A model generated the notes under the pieces. The model worked only from the letters and a program-made list of their open reading frames with translations, was not told where the DNA came from and searched no databases. From positions 1-64,000 of the IMG/VR virus record IMGVR_UViG_3300024255_000017: 64,000 nucleotides of DNA. One strand, 5' to 3'. The stretch comes from a virus. Positions 58,698 through 64,000 of this stretch are shown here, in pieces. The position numbers and the translations under genes were made by a program. The number at the start of each line of letters is the position of its first letter. Position 1 is the stretch's first letter.

Positions 58698-59721
58698 CAA
58701 AGAAGAACGCGTTAGTGCATTTACAAAACCATTAGCTTCTTTACCTTTAGTATCAACGGCTCCTATTGGAGTTTCAACTAATGTAGCTACAACTAAACCT
58801 TACCAAGAATATTTTCAAAGGTTTGTAGTATTAGATCCGGATGCTAGAACTTTACCTAACGGCGATGGGGTTATAAGAATATCACCATTTGATGATTATG
58901 TTATTTTTACAATATATGATGACACTATAGGATCTGTTCCAGTTGATCCAGCAAATCAGAAAAAAGCAAATCCTAATGAAGCGGCCGCCGCTGTTAATAC
59001 AGCTGAAAAGCCAATTGATCTTAGTAACGTAGGAACTATTACTTTAGTTTTTGTTGGTGAGAACGATGAAATTAGAATACCTAATTGGACACAGGTACAA
59101 ACCGTGGATCTTTCACAAGGTCAGGTATTATTTAGAATAGACAAAGAAAGCTCAAAAAAGATATTAGCATTAGATAATAATAACTTTTATATCTCTACAA
59201 GAATGGAGGACATTAATGGTACTAGTGATGAAAGCGTATTATATACCGGTACCTTTTTAGGATTGGTTGATGCAGCCAAAGAAACTATGACAGCTAAAAT
59301 GGAGGCACAGGTTGCCTTATATTCAGACGAGCTTGCGAGATTGCAATTACTGATAGCGAATTATAAATCTAATGAAGCTGAATACCAATCTACTATAGTA
59401 GAACTAAATGATACTGTTGAAGTATTAGAAAATTCTAATCTTAAGTTAACGGATGAAGTAGCTACTTTATCTAAGGAATTAGGAAGTACAGAATCTGAGT
59501 TAGCAATTGAAGAAGCTAGAAATGCTCAATTAAGAGCTAATCTTGCTAAGAAAAGAAAAATTCAGGTAATGGGATTAAAGGTGTTGGCTGATCAAGCTAG
59601 ATCAAAAGCAGTTAAACGAAGATACTTTAGACAATCAGCTAAATCTAATCAAAGCTTTAGTACTACAAACAATGCAATAAGTGTACCAAGAAGACCGAGT
59701 AGTTTTAGACAGGTTTCATAA
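58681..59721 (+). CDS. Hypothetical protein with C-terminal coiled coil
   Basis: ORF track. Confidence 0.7.
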   Translation: MDQQNNKEERVSAFTKPLASLPLVSTAPIGVSTNVATTKPYQEYFQRFVVLDPDARTLPNGDGVIRISPFDDYVIFTIYDDTIGSVPVDPANQKKANPNEAAAAVNTAEKPIDLSNVGTITLVFVGENDEIRIPNWTQVQTVDLSQGQVLFRIDKESSKKILALDNNNFYISTRMEDINGTSDESVLYTGTFLGLVDAAKETMTAKMEAQVALYSDELARLQLLIANYKSNEAEYQSTIVELNDTVEVLENSNLKLTDEVATLSKELGSTESELAIEEARNAQLRANLAKKRKIQVMGLKVLADQARSKAVKRRYFRQSAKSNQSFSTTNNAISVPRRPSSFRQVS

Positions 59722-59731
59722 TAGATAAGAT

Positions 59732-60286
59732 ATGATATTAAGCGCAAGAAATAACCAGTTTAAATTTGAATTTCCTAGAAATTTTATTCCTAAGGAAATA
59801 TCAGATAAGTATAAGCCATACTTAAATAGAATGCCAGGTGCTATGATTAAAGAACCTATCGATTATTTTAATTATGGAATACAATCAATGAATTTACCTG
59901 GACCTTCATTTGATCCAGTAACACAAAATGACTTTCCTGGAAATACTAGAAGATTTAGAACAAGTCTACCTAAGCAAGAACTGTTTGATAAAGATCTAAC
60001 TATTACGATGCAAGCATTTGATGGTTGGGTTAATTATTGGATGGCTATCGAAGTATTTGATTACTATTATAAACAGAGTGGAAAAAATCCGTTTGTACCA
60101 GAAGGTATTGGATTGCAAATGATTGATGGTGATGGAAATATTTTTGTTACTTGTCAATTAAAAGATATGATAATGACTGGTGTTAGCGCATTAGATTTAA
60201 ATTTCTCAAGCAACACGATAGAATTTCAAACATTTGATATTAATTTTACATATAACATTTTAGAAACTAAAGTTAATCTTGTCTAA
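59732..60286 (+). CDS. Tail-tube terminator/tube-fold protein (T4 gp3-like)
   Basis: IQSMNLPG, FDKDLTITM..D...NYW, SALDLNFS...FDINFTY. Confidence 0.65.
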   Translation: MILSARNNQFKFEFPRNFIPKEISDKYKPYLNRMPGAMIKEPIDYFNYGIQSMNLPGPSFDPVTQNDFPGNTRRFRTSLPKQELFDKDLTITMQAFDGWVNYWMAIEVFDYYYKQSGKNPFVPEGIGLQMIDGDGNIFVTCQLKDMIMTGVSALDLNFSSNTIEFQTFDINFTYNILETKVNLV

Positions 60287-60309
60287 TATATAAACAAATA
60301 GAAAGAGCA

Positions 60310-60666
60310 ATGAAAACATTTAAAGATTACCTTACTGAAAGTCATGATGATTCTATAGATATACAAAATCTAATAAATGAATCTTATGATTTAACAGAAG
60401 AACAAGAAACTGCAATAGATAATGCAGTTGATAGAATTATGGAAGAACATAATAACGGAAAAGATTTAGAAGTTATTATGGAAGAAATAATTAATGAAGG
60501 TATATTAGGATCTGTTTTAGGTGGTCTTACTGGTTTTGCTTTAGGTAAATCTGTAGGAAAGGCTATCGCAAAGGTACTAGGTATTCAAAAAGGAGCCTTG
60601 TATGATTTATTAACCAGTCGATTAATTGGTGCTGCATTAGGTGCAGTATTAGGTAAAAGACTTTAA
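60310..60666 (+). CDS. Putative virion internal protein with glycine-zipper C-terminus
   Basis: MKTFKDYLTE N-terminus; LINE/IINE sites; GSVLGGLTGFALG. Confidence 0.65.
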   Translation: MKTFKDYLTESHDDSIDIQNLINESYDLTEEQETAIDNAVDRIMEEHNNGKDLEVIMEEIINEGILGSVLGGLTGFALGKSVGKAIAKVLGIQKGALYDLLTSRLIGAALGAVLGKRL

Positions 60667-60676
60667 TCCAATATAA

Positions 60677-61351
60677 TTGATTTACTCAGGTATAGATTTT
60701 TCTCTCAATAGTCCAGGTACATGTACACAGGACCATAAAGGCAAATACACATTTATTACATTCTTTAATTACGGTAATAGAATATGGGATGAAGAAGGTA
60801 GAAAGATACCAAAGTCCTTTTCGGTTCATAAAGAACTAATGGATAGCAAAACAATATTAGGATTTCCTTATTATAGACAAGTAAAGGATAAGGACTTTTT
60901 ACTCAGGGAACGAGAAAAACTCACAGATGGCCAAAACATAGCCGAATTAATGTCAAATATTTTAATAACCTTATATGGAACAAAAAACCATAAGATTGCA
61001 TTAGAAGGGTTCTCCTATGGTTCAAAAGGAAATTCATTCATTGACATTGTTCAGTATAATACATTTTTAAGAAATGAAATAGTTAATGCTTGGGGTGTAG
61101 AAAATATCTCAATTTACCAACCATCCCATGTTAAGAAATTAGCAGGTAAAGGTAATGCAAACAAACATTACATGGTTAAGGCATTCCAAGACGACGTTTT
61201 TAATGATAAAGATTTAAGGAAAACAGATTTATGGAAATGGACTCAAGGTAAAGACTTTACAGAAAAGATCCCTAAACCAATAGATGACTTAGTAGATGCG
61301 TACTTTATACTAAATGCTAATAAAGAAAAAGGGTGGTCATTAAATACTTAA
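60677..61351 (+). CDS. RuvC-like Holliday junction resolvase
   Basis: GIDFSLNSPG, IALEGFSYGS, PSHVKKLAGKGNANK, DDLVDAY. Confidence 0.85.
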   Translation: MIYSGIDFSLNSPGTCTQDHKGKYTFITFFNYGNRIWDEEGRKIPKSFSVHKELMDSKTILGFPYYRQVKDKDFLLREREKLTDGQNIAELMSNILITLYGTKNHKIALEGFSYGSKGNSFIDIVQYNTFLRNEIVNAWGVENISIYQPSHVKKLAGKGNANKHYMVKAFQDDVFNDKDLRKTDLWKWTQGKDFTEKIPKPIDDLVDAYFILNANKEKGWSLNT

Positions 61352-61456
61352 TACATAGAAAACCACTAAATACATTGAGTCTAGTAATTACATACTTCTC
61401 TTTCTTTAATTAGTTATATTTTATATATAGCAACTAGAACTTAGTTTCAGAATATT

Positions 61457-61723
61457 ATGATAAAAGCAATAAAAAATAGAATATTTATTAAAAAAGATGA
61501 ATTACCAGAAAAAATTGGTAGTATATATGTACCTAAAACCGAAGGTCAGTATGCTCCACCTTATTCAGGTACAATCATATCTGTAGGTGGTGGCATAGAG
61601 GATTCAGATTACAAAATAGGTTCACGAGTACTATTTCACGACTTAGCAGGTACAGAGTTTAAATATAATGGCGATACTATATTCAGCATCAGAGAAAACG
61701 ATGTAACCGCTATTATGCAATAA
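61457..61723 (+). CDS. groES: GroES-like co-chaperonin
   Basis: KAIKNRIFIK, GSIYVP, GTIISVG, KIGSRVLF...GTE, IRENDV.A. Confidence 0.85.
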   Translation: MIKAIKNRIFIKKDELPEKIGSIYVPKTEGQYAPPYSGTIISVGGGIEDSDYKIGSRVLFHDLAGTEFKYNGDTIFSIRENDVTAIMQ

Positions 61724-61808
61724 AAAAGTTCTATTTAGACTGAAACTAAATAGAGATATGAATATATAATAAACAAAGGAATCAATATTATATTGGTACT
61801 TTTTAAAT

Positions 61809-61926
61809 GGCATATAACAAGGCAAAGTATATCGGCAATACCCGGGCAAATTAAAGATAGGCAATGTTTTGTTATGGCTTAAATTAAATAAATAACAAAC
61901 AAATAAAAAAGGCAATTAAAATGGCA
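61809..61926 (+). repeat. GGCA(A) repeats in the SSB leader
   Basis: GGCA at 61809, 61821, 61834, 61845, 61860, 61911, 61923. Confidence 0.7.
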
Positions 61927-62844
61927 AATGAATTCGACATTTTCAGTGTTAGCGTCAAGGACCTAGACACTGGAGACAGACCGCAAACAACAAGCGATCT
62001 TTACACACCAAAACCTGATCAAGGTTCAGACGGTACTTACCGTTCACTAATTAGGTTTCTACCTAATGTAAAAAATCCACGCAAACCTTTCGTTCGTAAA
62101 TATGTCTACTGGTTAGAAGACAGAGATGGCAATGGTTTTTACGCAGACTCACCTTCAACGGTTGGAGACAAATGTGCTGTACAGGACATGTTCTTTAAAC
62201 TTAGAAACTCTGAATCTGCTGTAGACAAAAAGATGTCAGAGGGACTTAAGCGTAGAGAAGTATTTTATGCATTAGTACAAATCGTAAAGGATCCACAAAA
62301 CAGAGATCTTGAAGGTCAAATTAAAGTAATGAAATTTGGTTATAAGATCAAGACAAAAATTGATGAGGAGTTAAATCCACAATTTGATGAACCAACACAA
62401 GTATTCGATCCGTTTGAAGGAAAGAATTTTGAATTGGTAATTTCAAAGAAAGGTGGATATCCAAACTACGATTCATGTAAATTCCAAGGGAGTAGATCTC
62501 CAATGTCAATTAAAGGTGATGATGTAACCGCAGATGATGCAGGAAGAACTGCAATTCTCGATTATATTAAAGATGCACCGGATTTAGGCAACTTTGACTA
62601 CAGACCATGGACTGACGATCAAAGAAACAAAGTAATGGGCGTACTTTCACAATTTAGTAACCCAGGTTCTTCTATTGATACTGTTACTGCAAGACAAGCT
62701 CCGGCTGCTCCTGCTGCAACTAAAGCAGCGGCTGCTAAGGTAACAGAAACTTCTGCACCTGCTGAAACTGCTACTGCAACTAAAACTGAAGATTCTTCTA
62801 AAGGAGATGATTTTGATGATTTCATTAATGGTTTAGATCTTTAA
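61921..62844 (+). CDS. Single-stranded DNA-binding protein (T4 gp32-like)
   Basis: LIRFLP, FGYKI..KI, VFDPFEGKNF, YPNYD...F, acidic tail DDFDDFINGLDL. Confidence 0.9.
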   Translation: MANEFDIFSVSVKDLDTGDRPQTTSDLYTPKPDQGSDGTYRSLIRFLPNVKNPRKPFVRKYVYWLEDRDGNGFYADSPSTVGDKCAVQDMFFKLRNSESAVDKKMSEGLKRREVFYALVQIVKDPQNRDLEGQIKVMKFGYKIKTKIDEELNPQFDEPTQVFDPFEGKNFELVISKKGGYPNYDSCKFQGSRSPMSIKGDDVTADDAGRTAILDYIKDAPDLGNFDYRPWTDDQRNKVMGVLSQFSNPGSSIDTVTARQAPAAPAATKAAAAKVTETSAPAETATATKTEDSSKGDDFDDFINGLDL

Positions 62845-62848
62845 TGAT

Positions 62849-63922
62849 ATGGGAACAGAAGTATTAATATCTTCTGAAATGAAAGCTCGGATCATCGATA
62901 AGGTGGTCCGAGTTCTTCACCTTAATCATTCTCACCCAGAAAAAAGGAGAATGTTAGAAAGTAAGGAACGATTAAATTTTGCATGTCCTTACTGTGGAGA
63001 CTCAACAGATTCAGTAAGAAAAAAGAGAGGTAATCTTTATTGGAAAAATTTACAATTCCACTGTTACAATTGTTCAGCTCACGAGAGTTTAGATGTTTTC
63101 TTAAAGGATCATAATTTAAACTTTGAAGGCGAAGACCGTATAGATGTAATTAATTTCATTAAGGAAAATAGAAAAAACTTTTCTTTAGGTGAAACTTTAG
63201 AATTTCATTTATTTGATAAGGCAAATAAATTAGCATTATCATTTGATGAAGTTGCATTAGGTTTTAATGTATATCCTATTAATTCATTAACATACCGAGC
63301 ATACCCATATCTTAAAAGTAGATTACTCCATCACAAAACTGAAAAATTCGGTTATGACCCAAGGAGAAAAGAGCTTTATGTTTTTAACTTAAATAAAAAT
63401 AAAAAGATAATAGGATTCCAGGTTAGAGCATTAGAAGATACGAGTGGCCCTAAATATAAAACTTGGAATATAGAAAGAATATATGATAGGCTAAAAAAAC
63501 AATTGAATGTATCTGAGGATGAACTTGATTCTTTAAATAAAATATCAATGATATTCGGAATCTTAACAGTTGACTTAGGTAGAGGATTTACGATATTTGA
63601 AGGACCTATAGATTCTTTCTTTATGTCAAACACATTAGGCTTAACTGGTGTTAAAAAGCAAATTTTAGATTTTGATGAAATACCAACAGCAAGATATATG
63701 TTTGATAATGATTATGAAGGTAAAGCTAAAATGATTCAGAAACTAAAGAAAGGGCAAACAGTTTTTATGTGGGATAAATATTTAAAGGATTTTGGAATAC
63801 CTAAGAAAAAGGTAAAGGATTTAAATGACCTAGTTAAATATGAATTTAAAAATAGGACTGGGTGTTTAAATGAGTTGGATAAATATTTTACAAACAATCA
63901 TTTAGATTTAATTTTCTTATGA
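62849..63922 (+). CDS. DNA primase (T4 gp61-like)
   Basis: NFACPYCGDS...HCYNC Zn finger; TOPRIM FEGPIDS, FDND; KDLND. Confidence 0.9.
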   Translation: MGTEVLISSEMKARIIDKVVRVLHLNHSHPEKRRMLESKERLNFACPYCGDSTDSVRKKRGNLYWKNLQFHCYNCSAHESLDVFLKDHNLNFEGEDRIDVINFIKENRKNFSLGETLEFHLFDKANKLALSFDEVALGFNVYPINSLTYRAYPYLKSRLLHHKTEKFGYDPRRKELYVFNLNKNKKIIGFQVRALEDTSGPKYKTWNIERIYDRLKKQLNVSEDELDSLNKISMIFGILTVDLGRGFTIFEGPIDSFFMSNTLGLTGVKKQILDFDEIPTARYMFDNDYEGKAKMIQKLKKGQTVFMWDKYLKDFGIPKKKVKDLNDLVKYEFKNRTGCLNELDKYFTNNHLDLIFL

Positions 63923-64000
63923 TAAAAAAATATAATGAATTTGTGGTTGAACAGTTCGAAGATTTTTATAATGACTTAGAAACTTCTAAGAAAAAGCTTA
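63919..64000 (+). CDS. Partial ORF running off the window (MIKKYNEFVVEQ...)
   Basis: ATGA overlap with the primase stop; open to the end of the window. Confidence 0.65.
   Translation, partial: MIKKYNEFVVEQFEDFYNDLETSKKKL

Noticed and set aside
60677-61351. TnpB/Cas12-like or transposase assignment for the RuvC-fold protein
   Set aside because: Only 224 aa, no Zn ribbon, IS ends or guide RNA; the context fits a phage resolvase
26625-63633. Numerous short minus-strand ORFs within structural and replication genes
   Set aside because: Fully antisense to long, motif-bearing + strand genes; typical codon-bias shadows
1-64000. Alternative genetic code (TAG/TGA recoding) as in some Bacteroidetes phages
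   Set aside because: Genes are long and intact in code 11; TAG (7811, 12156, 24761) and TGA end genes at sensible boundaries; no suppressor tRNA seen
1-64000. Cellular (bacterial chromosome) origin suggested by rpsU, S1, mgsA, dnaJ, groES, trxA
   Set aside because: These are interspersed with T4-like baseplate, neck, gp32 and gp61 genes and share phage-type promoters; no bacterial operon context

Overview
A 64-kb segment of an AT-rich, T4-like (contractile-tailed) large or jumbo phage genome in standard code 11, with almost all genes on the + strand. The host is most likely a Bacteroidota/Flavobacteriales species, inferred from the Bacteroidetes-type bS21, an outer-membrane beta-barrel, a T9SS-like C-terminal domain and A-rich Shine-Dalgarno-less starts. 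Layout: (1) 1-4.3 kb holds non-coding repeat-rich DNA around an early RadA-like ATPase + DUF932-like pair, with an origin-like TCTAGA-doublet region. (2) 4.3-19.4 kb is an accessory/host-takeover region with three canonical tRNAs, a rearranged UAU tRNA-like element, a ~430-nt structured RNA, bS21, thioredoxin, MgsA, OMP, PspC, glucosaminidase, DnaJ, DNA ligase and dCMP deaminase. (3) 19.4-60.7 kb is a tail/baseplate/neck module with an S1-like protein and an amidoligase inserted. (4) 60.7-64 kb encodes a RuvC-like resolvase, GroES, a gp32-like SSB and a primase. Three promoter classes can be read from the DNA, and several late-type promoters sit in hairpins that occlude the downstream start site. 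All protein calls come from motif recognition by eye; no database searches were run.
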